Source: Octopus vulgaris | Taxonomy: Eukaryota | NCBI GenBank assembly: GCA_951406725.2 | Contig: OX597826.1 | Coordinates: 33,418,001-33,482,000, forward strand | Length of the DNA: 64,000 nucleotides | Reading direction: 5' to 3' | Part shown: positions 13,043 through 25,863 of the stretch, piece after piece | Layout of the letters: every line of letters starts with the position of its first letter | How positions within the stretch are numbered: position 1 is the first letter of the stretch | Program-made: the position numbers and the translations under genes | The notes under the pieces: generated by a model | Told to the model about the DNA's origin: nothing | The model's input: the letters and a program-made list of their open reading frames with translations, nothing else | Database searches by the model: none

Positions 13043-14116
13043 TATATATGTATATACATGTGTATATGCATGTGTATCTATACACACACACACACACAGA
13101 TATATATATATGTCTATATATAAATGATATATGTTAGGGCCTGTTGTGTGAATGTATGTGTTTGTGCATTTACATATATATGTGTTTTTATGCGTATACG
13201 TGTGTACATGCACGTGGGTGTTCTGTGGAGAGTGTATAGTTGTATGTGTGTGTATATCCCAGCACCATGTGTATGTCTGCCTGTATATGTGTTGTGAAAG
13301 GGAACTCTGTATATTTTTGTATGACAAATGTATATGAATGCTGGTGTGTGTATATAAGAAAATTACTGTTTGTAAATTTTTTTGTCTTCTTTTGTTTGTC
13401 TTTTTTGCCTTTTTTTTTCATATATAACTATTGCGAAATAATGATGATGATGATGATGATAACTAACAATAATAACAATTTTGATAGTAATAGGAGCAAG
13501 AATAACAATACAAAGAAGAAGAAAAAGAAAAAGAATAACGATAATAATAAAAAACCAAGAAGCAACACCATGATCGACAACAATAACAACAAAATACACA
13601 ACAGCAACAACAACAACAACAACTACAGCATCAAAAGTATCAATGAGAGATCTTATTTGTCTGGTTATCATCATTTTTCATATGCAATAAGGTAAAAAAA
13701 AATGAATAAAAATAATAAAACAGAAATCGCTTTTTTTTCGCACTTTTCTAATCCCAACTTCTTTGTTCGAATATTTTTTTTGTTTTTTTGTATGTGTTTA
13801 TGAATCTTTTTCTTTCTTTAAAATAAGTTTAAGTGAAAATAAATGCACAAACACTTATAAAAATTACAAAAAAAGTATATAAGAAAATACACACATAAAT
13901 ACATGTAAATATATATTTGTGTATGTGTGTGTATATATATATATATACACATATACATACATATATATATACATATATAGACATACACACGCACACACAC
14001 ACACACACACACATATATATGTATATATATGCATAAAAATACAAATTCATATATATATATTTGTATATACATGCATAAAAATACAAATTCATATATATGT
14101 ATGCATAAATACATAA

Positions 14117-14152
<36 letters not shown>

Positions 14153-14409
14153 GTATATATGTAAATCTGTATATATATATATATATATATAAAGAGAGAG
14201 AGAGAGGTGTACATACACACATATATGTATGTATATATAAACAGAAGTGTAAGGAAATTTTGCCTGAGATCAATATAATACAATTTGCATAGGATCTTTG
14301 AAAGTCATAGATAAGTAGGAATATTTGATTGATTTTTATAATAGAATTTATTTTTTATTTGTGTGTGTGTGCATGTGTGTTTTGTTTGTTTACATCTATG
14401 GGCATATAC

Positions 14410-14488
<79 letters not shown>

Positions 14489-14645
14489 TATGGTGTGAGA
14501 AAAATACAAATGCGTATATACATGCATATATAAATGTAAATGTACATATATTTATATAGTTGCATGTATGTATGTCTGTATGTGTTTATATATAGGAATA
14601 TAAATAAATATATATATGTGGGTGTGCATGTGTATGTATACATAT
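12640..14645. repeat. Extended (TG)n/(TA)n/(AAC)n low-complexity block
   Basis: Directly visible; includes a ~42-bp tandem unit atgcataaaaatacaaattcatatatat at 14029-14110. Confidence 0.85.
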
Positions 14646-14967
14646 ACAGTGTCAGACTACAACCGAAAAGGTTGATGGTTCAATTCTCATTATTAGCATG
14701 CCAGACAAAATGCTTTGCAGCATTTCTTCCAGGTTTGTGTTCCAAGTTCAAATTCTGCTGGGGTTGGCTTTGCCTTTTTTTCTTTTTGGAGTCCATAAAA
14801 TATGCACCAGTGGAGCACTAGGGGTTGATATAATTAACTCACCACCCCTGAAATTGCAGACTTTGTATCAAAACTCTAAAAACTGCTATCAACATAAAGT
14901 CATTTATTTTCTAATTATTCAATCAATTGAACTAGTTGCTTCTTGTATTAGCATAAAAATGGTTGAG

Positions 14968-15415
14968 TATTCTTTTCTTCTCTAGGCACAAGGTCTGAAA
15001 GTTTTGAGGAGGGGGCCAGTCGATTAGATCGACACCAGTATGCAACTGGTACTTAATTTATCGACTCCAAAAGGATGAAAGGTAAAGTCGACCTTCGTGG
15101 GATTTGAACTACTTCGTGGGATTTGAACTAAAATGCTAAGTATTTTACCTAGCGTGCTAATGTTTCTGCCAGCTCGCCACCTTTTACCCTGAATATATTC
15201 TTTTCTACTTCAGGCACAAGGCCCGAAATTTTGGGGGAGGTGGGGCTAATCGATTAGATCGACTCCAATATACAAGTGGTATCTAATTTACCAATCCTGA
15301 AAGGATGAAAGATAAAGTCAACCTCTGCAGGATTTGAACTCAGAATGTAAAGACAGACAAAATACCGCTAAGCATATTGCCCGGCATGCTAGCATTTCTG
15401 CCAGCTCACCACTGT
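14968..15415 (-). mobile_element. Two tandem SINE family B copies
   Basis: Two tail-to-head B units; local duplication of cttcgtgggatttgaacta. Confidence 0.8.
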
Positions 15416-16394
15416 AAAATGGCTGAGTATTTCACTGATATGTCTACCCATAACACAATTTACAGACAAAAGCAATGTGGTCCAATATATACAAAGGGTG
15501 AACTTAGCCCTTTTGCACTCAGACTTCTCTGTCGAATATAACGCTTATTTATTTACATTCTTTTAAAGTAATCATGCATAATCTCAAAGCTTCAAAATTT
15601 TGATGTTCTGGTTGTTTATTTTTTTAATGAAATTGTGGGATACATGTAAGAAACCATATTTGGTCAGTTTGAACATAAAACAGGTAAAATATTTGGCCAG
15701 GTTTGGTCAGTTTCAATACTTAAGAGCTAAAAGTAGACTCTATCAGTTGTGTGAAACATGCAGCATGTGCAGACTGCATTGGGGTAACCACTTTACATCC
15801 AAATGCTGTCAAAGGTATGTCCCACATAAGGTTAGGGACAGCAATTTGGTAACTACACAGAATAGCTAAAACCCACACTAGTTCAAAACAATCTACTCAA
15901 TTTCGTCCCCAAGTTGTTTGGATCAATTCAAGGCTATAGCATAATGGCACTTGCTGCAAGGTGAGAGGCAGTGGGATTGAACCATAGACATCAAAATTGT
16001 GAATCAAATCTCTTAACTTTTTCCACTCTATGCATGTACTCTATACACCGCGAAGTGCAATTTTACAATAAGAAACTCAAACTTAATGCTATTTATGAAG
16101 AGTATTAGGAATTAAAACAGAAAATAAACTTTTTAACGTATTGAAAGCTGAAGAAAAAATTAGACACGAGTCAATTCCAGGCAAAAAATTAACATATCTA
16201 ATCATTTTAAACACAATCTGGTTGGTTCAAACTGGTACTTCATTTTCTTGACCCCAAAAGGGATGAAAGGCAAAGTTGACTCTGGTGGCATTTGAACTCA
16301 GGATGTAAAGGGAAGAATGCTACCAAACATTTTGTCCAGCATGGTAACAATTCTGCCAGTCTGCTGCCTCCAGTGTACTAACTATATTGTACTA

Positions 16395-17054
16395 AGCTTG
16401 CTTCCTAGCCACATGGTTCTAGGTTCAGTCCCACTGCATGGTACCTTGAGCAAGTGTCTTCTACTATAGCCTCGGGCTGACCAAAGCCTTATGAATGGAT
16501 TTAGTAGAGGGAAACTGAAAGAAGCCTGTCGTATATGTATATATATATATATAAATACAGGGTGTTCCCAAGAAATTCAATATCATTTGAGATGTAAATA
16601 TCACAGAAACTACATAGTCAAAGCAAATGAGACTAAACAGGTTTCATGAGCAAACGTTTCCTCAGGATGAGCCAAATTGTCATTGGAGGAATCTGGGTTT
16701 CCAGACTTGTTCTTATGGACTTCTTGTGGCATTGCATTAGTTTTTAGCGAACCCACTCGATCATCTCTGCTGGTGTTAGTGGTCATTCAGATCCTTTTGC
16801 ACTGCACAGACAGCCTTCCTCATTGAATATTTAGTGACATGTCCAAATCTGCATTGCCTTTGGGGACTTTTTAGAGAATTCTCTCACAAATACACACTGC
16901 ACAATCTTGTTCGATTGTGTTCAAGCATACTCCAACACACAAAACGCCTTTTCTCTTCCAGTGAATGCCATTTCTATACCTGAAAAGATAAACATATCAA
17001 ACATTAACATAAAATTTTGAGCTGTTTCTATAAATGCTGTTAAAATTTGAAGTC

Positions 17055-17141
<87 letters not shown>

Positions 17142-17455
17142 CATACATACATATATATATATATACATATATACATATATATATACATACATATATATAT
17201 GCATGCATGTATGTATGTATGTATGTATGTATGTAGGTATGTATGTATTTGTGTGTCTGTGTTTCTCCCCCACCATTGCTTGACGGCCGATGTTGGTGTG
17301 TTTATGTCCTCCATAACTTAACAGTTCAGCAAAAGAGACCGAGAGAATAAGTACTTGGCTTACAAAGAATAACTCCCAGGGTCGATTTGTTTGACTAAAA
17401 GGCAGTGCTCCAGCATGGCCACAGTCAAATGACTGAAACAATTAAAAGAATAAAA
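16395..17455 (+). mobile_element. SINE family A split by an insertion in its central microsatellite
   Basis: 5' half 16395-16532, 3' half 17250-17455. Confidence 0.75.
16558..17055 (-). mobile_element. Tc1/mariner-superfamily remnant with a DUF4817-like HTH N-terminus (DD41D/rosa-like)
   Basis: Terminus TA|CAGGGTGTTCCC; ATG at 16971 gives MAFTGREKAFCVLEYA*TQSNKIVQCVFVREFSKKSP...IW. Confidence 0.6.
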
Positions 17456-17489
17456 AAATAACTCTATTACTTTTTACATTACAATTTAC

Positions 17490-17800
17490 TACTCCTTGCT
17501 CACTACACTATACTATATTCTACTAAACTATACCATCCCATAGTACACAACACCATCCTGTACTACAGAACACAAACTATATCACACTATGTTATACTAC
17601 AGTTCTCTATGCTATGTTAGAATGTACCACTACACTATACTATATTCCACACTACACTAGATTAGATCTTACAATGCACTGCACTATCCTATAGTACATT
17701 GTTCTACATAGTAAAAACTAGGCTATGCCTCACCTCACTATACTATAACCTAATACACTAGACAACAACACACTGTACTATACTGTACTATGCTATGCTA
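17490..17800. repeat. Degenerate pentanucleotide repeat (ACTAC/ACTAT)n
   Basis: 5-bp periodicity visible (tacactatactatattctactaaactata...). Confidence 0.7.
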
Positions 17801-18109
17801 TATACCCCCCACACACACACGCACATACATGATGCTATATAATAGATGGCTGTGTATCATGTACCATACCACAGTAACAGCTTAGGACTATGTCACATAA
17901 ACGTACGAAAAAACTTAAACGAATTGAAAATGATATCTGCAGGCAATATGTCAATCTCATACAATAAAACTGGTTACAACAACAACAACAACAACAGCAA
18001 CAACAACAACAACAACAACAGAGTAATGATGACAACAATAATCGCAACAGCAACTTTGTTTTCCTGATTCATAAAATTATAATGAAATATAATGATGATA
18101 ATAATGATG

Positions 18110-18194
<85 letters not shown>

Positions 18195-19119
18195 CAACAA
18201 CACAAACAACAACAGCAAATTGTAATTTGCGTAAAATTACTCTAAATGAGTCAATATAGTTTAATAGTAAGAGTCAGAAAGAAATATTACATTTGTCTTC
18301 AGGATATCAGAAATTGTACAAGAACAGAGATTTGAATACCATGTCACCAATCTAACAATATTGTACTTTAAGAAAGATTAATCTGGGAAATTCTTCAACA
18401 AAAGAGGTGCCAAAAACGTCAGTATTTAGGGATAAAAAAAAAACACACACACACCAAAAAAAAAAATGGAATAATATTGTAGAAAACTGTTAAAGGCCAG
18501 AAAGTATAGAATTTTCAGCTGAGTTGGTGCAGTGCTTGTAGGACATATCTGCTAGCACTTATTTGACAGTGCAACAAGTCTGATATTACCGAAAAAATAT
18601 ATGCTAAATATAATTTCCAAAGTGTCAAAATCAAGTTAAACCATGCTGGCCATTGAATAGATACAAAGAAGTGTTGTCAGGTTCTTATTACAAAAGTTTT
18701 ATGGCAACTTCAATGCCAGACTTTCAGGATGCAGTCTTGAACAGTGAGATGTCTTGTAATGTTTTTGGAGTGTTTTATTTTACTCATGTGTTGATTTTTT
18801 GCTATTGTTTTTATCGATATTCCTGCTGCTGCTGCTGATGATGATGAGGATGATGAAAATGATGTTATTTCATCTGATTTTTTTATTACTTTTTTTCTCT
18901 AAATTTTTAGGTTTTATTTTATTTTATTTATTTTATTTATTTTATCTTACTTTTTTTCCCCCGTCCACTGTTTCTCCTGTCTGTTGGTTGATATCTGTTG
19001 TGAATGAATTAAGGTTATTTCCTGGTGTTATCAGAGTTCATCATTCTCTGGATTTATTGATGGTAAATATGCAACAAGGGAGACAGTTTCATTACTGTCG
19101 AAGACATTGATACTGCTTG

Positions 19120-19785
19120 TAGGTGCATGTGTGCATATGTGCATGTGTGTGTGTGAATATATGTGCATGTATATGCATGTATGTATGTCTGTGTGCTTGT
19201 GTCTATGTGAGCATGTGTGTATATGTGCATCTGTGTATATGTGCATGTGTATATGTACACGTGTGCATATGTGGATGTATGTGTGTGTGCATATATGTAT
19301 ATGTGCATATGTGTATATATTCATGTGTGTATATGTGCATGTGTGTATATGTGCATGTGTGCATATGTACATGTGTGTATATGTATATGTGTGTATATGT
19401 GCATATGTATGCATGCATGTGTGTATGTGTATGTATATGTGCATGTGAGTATATGTGCATGTGAGTATATATACATGTGTGTTATATGTGTATGCGTGTG
19501 TTCATGTGTGTATATGTGCATGTATGTATATGAACATGTGTGTATATGTGCATGTGTCTGTGTGCATGCATGTGTGTGCATGTACGTATATGTGCAGTGT
19601 ATGTATGCATGGGTGTGCATGTATGTATATGTGCATGTATGTATATATGCATGTTTGTTTATGTGCTTATGTGTATATGTGCATGTGTATGCATGTATGT
19701 ATGTGTGTACGTGTGGTATGTGTATATGTGCATGTGTATGCATGTATGTATGTACATGTGCTTGTTTATGTGTATGTGTTGCATG
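19120..19785. repeat. Long alternating purine-pyrimidine tract (TGCATG/TGTATA units)
   Basis: Directly visible. Confidence 0.9.
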
Positions 19786-20389
19786 GTGGGTGGTAAATCT
19801 TTATCTTTTCTCCTCTATTCGTTTCAGTCATTAGACTGTAGCCATGCTGGGGCACCACCTAAAAGAATATTAGTTGAATGAATCGATCCAAGTACTTATA
19901 TCGATTGATTTCTTTTGCTGAACAGCTAAGTTATGGGGATGTAAACACATGAACACTAGTGGGGGACAAACACAGACACAAAGACACATGTACATACACA
20001 TACGCATGCACAGATCTTTAGCAATTTGCTGTGCTTGAGAAGACATGTCAAGCCAAGTGAAATCGTAGTTGTGGTTGGTGCCAGTGACACATAAAAAGCA
20101 CACATTACAGTCTTGGAGGGGTTGGCATTAGAAAATACATTCAGCCATAGAAACCAAGCCAAGACTGACTGGAACCTGTATGTTTTTAATTATTTAAATT
20201 CTTCCTCTGAGGAAGGAGCAGGTCTCTAACAAAAGAAATAACAATTCCATCATTGGAATGCAAACAACAAAATGTCACATTTTATGTTTGAGAAAAGTCT
20301 TGTATATTTTTACTGTTCTGCTTACAAATTGTATGTGTGATGTGTGAGCTAGCTTATACATATGTATGTATGGTTCATATTTATAGAAA

Positions 20390-20569
20390 GACAAAAGACA
20401 AAGACAGGTGTAGGAACAACAAGCAAGTGTATTAGTTTGACTCTTAGAGAAAAGGGAAAAGTCTTTTATGTTTCAAGTCTATGCTCTTCAACAGAAAGGA
20501 ATAAGAGGAAATTATAGAGAAAGAATGAAAAAAAACGTGTAGAGTTCAGCAGTCCAATATGGCAAATGC

Positions 20570-20570
<1 letters not shown>
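20390..20570 (-). mobile_element. ~200-bp element with a decayed minimal hammerhead-like motif
   Basis: Minus 20462-20499: ccttt-CTGTTGA-a-gagc atag actt-GAAA-ca-TA-aaaga; homologous to 46733-46935. Confidence 0.5.
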
Positions 20571-20602
<32 letters not shown>

Positions 20603-20607
<5 letters not shown>

Positions 20608-20815
20608 GTGTGTGTATCGTTGACGATTTTTTTTCCTCCATCTTCCCTTCCTTGGATCTTTCTTTTTCCTATGTTTCTCATGAAGAGTTCCACTCGAAAC
20701 TTTAAATCCTCTTTTTTTCTTTCCTTTCCTGAGCATCCAATAACACTATACTTGTTCCACGTCCTCGCATTTTGTGTTTTCTCTTTGTGTTTTCATGTTT
20801 GGATTAACTTCAACT
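20603..20815 (+). mobile_element. ~210-bp (TA)n-flanked element with a decayed minimal hammerhead-like motif
   Basis: 20673-20707: gttt-CTCATGA-a-gag ttcca ctc-GAAA-ct-TT-aaat. Confidence 0.5.
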
Positions 20816-20832
20816 ATATATATATATATGTC

Positions 20833-20869
<37 letters not shown>

Positions 20870-21989
20870 ATGTATATATGCATGTATGTATGTGTGTATG
20901 TATGTATGTAGAGAAAGTGTTTCTTTTAGTTTTCATCTACCAAATCCACTCACAGCACTTTAGTTAGCCTGTGGTTACAATAGACCACATTTGCCCAACA
21001 TGCCATGTAATGGGAGTGAACCTGAAACCATGTGGTTGGAAAAAGGACTTATTAACCACATAGCTTTAGCTGTACCTATACTAATATTCTTGAGAATTGT
21101 TATGTATTCCTTAATTATGTTCTATTATTTTATATTGGAATGTTTATATAAGAAAAGACTTAATGAATATCCCCTATAGACATGTGGAACACACCTTAAT
21201 AACTAATTTCCATCTAGTTTACTGCCAAATGACTTTATCTTAAACCCATAAATCAAATTCTTAATGATTTCTATGTAGCAACACATGAATTGGTATTATA
21301 ATTAAGTCATCATTGTTTAATATTCTTATTATATGTTTATTGCCATCTTCCTGTAACTGTTGGACCTTCTGTGATTGGTCGGGGCAATTTAGTATTTCTG
21401 TTATTGATCTTTCATTAATAAACATAATAAACATACTACTATTTCATGTAATTTCAGTACAAGGCCAAATTCTTCATTTGGCACATGTCTGTTGCTTCAA
21501 TGGTTAAAGTACATAATGGTAGATTTGCGAGTTACAAATGTTAGATAAACTTACCAAATGTTAGCAAATTCTAGGTGTGTCTGTCTGTTTAACAGTGAAC
21601 AGGATTCTAGAGTTCTCAATAAAAGAATTGGTTTATCTTCAATATTAACTTATAATTCCTTTACTCAACCATCTCATTTATATTCTGATCCCTGTTCCTT
21701 GTGAGTATGCCTGGCATTTTGCCACCTTCTCTACCCTGCTGCCTTCTACTTTCTCTCCTTCTCCTGCACTTCCCTCAGTTTGGGTTACTGTGTATTTTCC
21801 TTGCAGTTGCACTCCTGTTTCTGTCTTCTTCTCTGATCTTTCTCTCTCCAGCCGGGTAACCTCGTACTTCTTCTACAAGACACCTGTATTTGTCTCACTA
21901 TAACCTTTTCATCATCGCCTCCTCTCCTCTTCAAAGCTATTTTTCTTTTGTCTTGCAAGTACTTGGTGACCCTGTCAGTGCAGGTGCCT

Positions 21990-22262
21990 CTTAAAAATAC
22001 CCAGTCCACACTGTAAAGTGGTTGGTATTCGGAAGTGCATCCAGCTGTAAAACCTTGCCAAAACTGACTTCACCTTTGCTTGTGCCACATAAAAATCAGT
22101 AAGTTCACTCTGCAGAGTGGTTAGTGTTCAGAAGGGCATCCAGCTGTAAAAATCCTGCCAAAACAGTCACAGAAGTCTGGTGCAGGCTTAAGCCTGACCA
22201 GCTCTTGCAAAACCATCTCATCCATGCCAGCATGGAAGGCAGACATTAAATGATGATGATGA
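21990..22262 (+). mobile_element. SINE-like family C, 3' part
   Basis: gaagggcatccagctgtaaaa twice; ccatgccagcatggaaggcagacattaaat(gat)n. Confidence 0.7.
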
Positions 22263-24321
22263 GGAGGAGGATAAGGATGATGAATTCCACTGACGTTGAC
22301 TTTGCCTTTAATTCGTTCGGAGTCGATAAAATACACAAGAGTTAAGCATGGGGGGTGGGGTCAATGTAACTGACTTACTCCTGCCCCCGAAATTGCTGGC
22401 CTTGTACAAAAATTTGAAGCCATTATCTGGCTAAGTACAGGTGTAGCAAGGTGCAGACATGGCTGTGTGCTTGAGAAGTTTGCTTCCCAACCACATGGCT
22501 CTGAGTTCAGTCCTTGGCTAAATGTCTTGGCTAACTTTGAGCTGATGAAAACTTTGGGAATGGATTTGGCAGACAGAAAATGGAAGAAGCCTATGCTACA
22601 TGTGTGTGTGTATGTGTGTGTGTGTGTGTTGTGTGTTGTGTGCATGCATGTGTGTTGTGTGTGTGCATGTGTGTGTGTTTGTGTGTATGTGTGTGCATGT
22701 TTGTGTGTGGAGATGATGATGATGATGATGATGACAACAACAACAACGACCACTCTCTTGAAATATTTTTGGCCACATATTTCGGGAGTTTTATAAATTC
22801 ACCATTTCTCAATGCCATGCAGACTTGATGCTTGAAGAGAATAGAAACTGGCACCCAGTTCACTAGTTTTGAAGATCTGCAAAGGTTATTGTGCTTCTCC
22901 TTCCTTCAAACTCAATAAGGAAAATACGAAAATGGTATTTTTGATCATCTGATGTTTGCCGGATGCCTTTCGTGTTGGTAAGAAACTTTAAGACACCACA
23001 ATCAACAACCAAATAATAAATACCAAGTTTGCATGTTTTGAAGACAAACCTCATGCCATAAATTACATAAATTATATAAATTACATAAATTACATATTAT
23101 AATGTATCAAATATATTGATGCATGGTTACTACCAGTTTTTAATATTCTTGGTGCATATTTGAACCCCATTAGAAAGCTGGCCTTGTGCCAAAATTTGAA
23201 GCCATTATCTGGCTAAGCACAGGTGTAGCAAGGTGCAGGTATGGCTGTGTGCTTGAGAAGTTTCTTCCCAACTACATGGTTCTGGGTTCAGTCTTTGGCT
23301 AACTTTGAGCTGATGAAAACTTTGAGAATGGATTTGGCAGACATTCATTGTGTTTTGTATGGAGAAAATTTCTCGCTGTAGAAAAAAGGTTTAAATATAC
23401 CAAAATCATCTTACAGCATCTGTATTTCACAGTGTGAGGAGGTGGCACTGTGGGCTGGTTTTGGTATGTTTGCGCCTCTTTGTCCACAGTGAGAAATTTT
23501 TTCCGTAACAAAACACTGAATGGTTTTCTTATGAGTTCGAACGTGCCTCAAGCATATTTGAACCAAGAGGTTCTCATTTATGTAAATCACTGTTTAATGC
23601 TGCCCCCCCGCCCCCGCTTCCCATAAAATTTATTGAGTGAAGCAAACTTTTGAGATGATGTGATATTTTGGTAATGCATGTGTTTGTTTCACAAGACAGA
23701 ATTTTCAATTGAAGTGCAAAAATATCAATAAAAAAAGAAGATTCTACATGTCATTGTGTACAAAACAGCAATCGAGTGATCATATTGATAAACAACAACA
23801 AGATTTTGCCAAGAAAAAAAGAATCAACCAAAACAAAAAAAAAACAGAAAAAAAAATAATGAGACATTGTGATATTTTCCAAGAAGGTTCATATCAAAGC
23901 CATATTGGAATCCTTAAATCTTTAAAGACAAATTATAGGATGGCAGCAAAATATATTCAAGGAAGACTTGATGCTGTGAAGCAAAGTTCCTCAAAATCTA
24001 TATATGTTCCATTGTGGCTCCTTTGATGCCTGTCGGAAAAACAGGAATTCTCCATACATGCAGCTTGGCAAGAATGTATGTAGTTTTTTGGATTAACAAA
24101 AGCTGATCGATGATTAGTGAGTGTCCAGAGCTTTTCTTTTATCACTCACTACAAGTGAAATTCCTGCATGGCTTCGACCTAATCGCTTTCTGATGTTTAT
24201 TGATATAAACAGATCGCTAAAAACAGTGAAATTTTTCCGAGGTAATTTTTAATACAGGTACATATCTATAGTATTTTTAGATATCTTTAAGCAGTTTAGC
24301 AAAATAGTTGTGTTGCTGGTA

Positions 24322-24600
24322 AAGGTGTTAGGCCTATTAGGTTATGGTGCTTGACTCATGATCATAGTGCCGCATGTTCAATCCCCAGACTGAGAGACGT
24401 GTTGTGTTCTTGAGCGAGTCATTTCATTTCATATTGTTCCAGTCTACACAATTGCAAATGAATACCTTCCAAGTGCCATCTTGCTTTCTCTTCATCTGCC
24501 ACATTTTGAATGTAGCACCAGGCTGAAAACTGGAGAGCCATGCGAGTGTCAAATGGTTACTCATGACTGCAAATAAACGGAAAACAAGTAATGCAAGTAG
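24322..24600 (+). mobile_element. Old tRNA-derived SINE
   Basis: Decayed tRNA head (atgttcaatcccc) followed by gttgtgttcttgagc; similar to 63511. Confidence 0.45.
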
Positions 24601-24691
24601 GGTACAAGCTGCTAAGCCTTGAATCTTCACACATGACAGGTGGCTCATTTGTTATATTACTAATTAAAATTCACATCTTCAGTTAATATAT

Positions 24692-24908
24692 TGGTTTCCA
24701 AATTTTGGCACAATGCCAGTAATTTCTGGAGAGTAGCTAGTAAATTACATTGACCCCAGTGCTCAACTGGTACTTATTTTATTAACTTCCCAAAGGATGA
24801 AAGGCAAAGTCCACCTTGGCAGAATTTGATCTCAGAACATAAACATGGACAAAATGCTGCTATACATTTTGTCTGGGGTGCTAACAATTCTGCCAGCTTG
24901 CTACCTTA
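24692..24908 (-). mobile_element. SINE family B
   Basis: Core and head motifs; the head abuts (AAT)n. Confidence 0.75.
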
Positions 24909-24980
<72 letters not shown>

Positions 24981-24981
<1 letters not shown>

Positions 24982-25526
24982 GCACATTGGAAGCTATACC
25001 AACACTAGGGTATAACAGCAGAAAAAATATGGTATAGGCGCACGCCAGAAAAGGTCAAAGAAAAAGAGAAAGCAACCATACTCTGGAATATGCCAATACA
25101 CACATATAGAGAATATTAAAGCCAATAGACTGGATATAATTGTCAGAGATCACCAGGGAAAAATGCTTTCTAATCGATGTATCAATACCAAGAGATGACA
25201 ATGTTTCTCTAAAAAATTGGAGAAACTTTCAAAATACAAAGATCTAGTCACAGAGGTAACTCGAATATGGAGCCTAAATACAGAAACAATTCCTGTCATA
25301 GTAGGCGCATTATGTTTGATGAAAAATATTGAGAAAAATACATAACAAAAACACCAGGATTAACAAGTATGTATAACAAAAAATAGCACTGCTAGGCACT
25401 GCACACATCCTATGTAAAATATTTTCAATACAGCGGAAATAAGAACATTACAACAAATCGCAGCACATACCCAAGGCAGAGTTGCGCTCTGAAGTGCAGT
25501 GAAAGCATCTGATAAAAATAAGACTA

Positions 25527-25530
<4 letters not shown>
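24981..25530 (+). mobile_element. 5'-truncated R4/Dong-like element in (AAT)n
   Basis: Homologous to 26810-27370; AAT arrays on both sides. Confidence 0.9.
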
Positions 25531-25588
<58 letters not shown>

Positions 25589-25609
25589 TAAAAATAACGA
25601 TAATAATAA

Positions 25610-25640
<31 letters not shown>

Positions 25641-25743
25641 AAAAATAAAAATAATAATAATAATAATAATAAAAAAAATAATAAAAATAATACTAATAAT
25701 AATAATAAAAATAATGATAATAATAATAATAATAATAATTATG

Positions 25744-25774
<31 letters not shown>

Positions 25775-25779
25775 TAGTG

Positions 25780-25822
<43 letters not shown>

Positions 25823-25863
25823 TAATAACAACAACAACAACAGCAACAACAACAACAACAACA

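Larger units (their letters stand above)
19800..21078 (-). mobile_element. SINE family A split by nested insertions
   Basis: 3' half 19800-19990 and 5' half 20915-21078, both on the minus strand. Confidence 0.6.

Noticed and set aside
23480-24260. Possible old DNA-transposon remnant (pogo/Tigger-like end gaaccaagaggttc)
   Set aside because: No matching second TIR or transposase motif could be identified by eye
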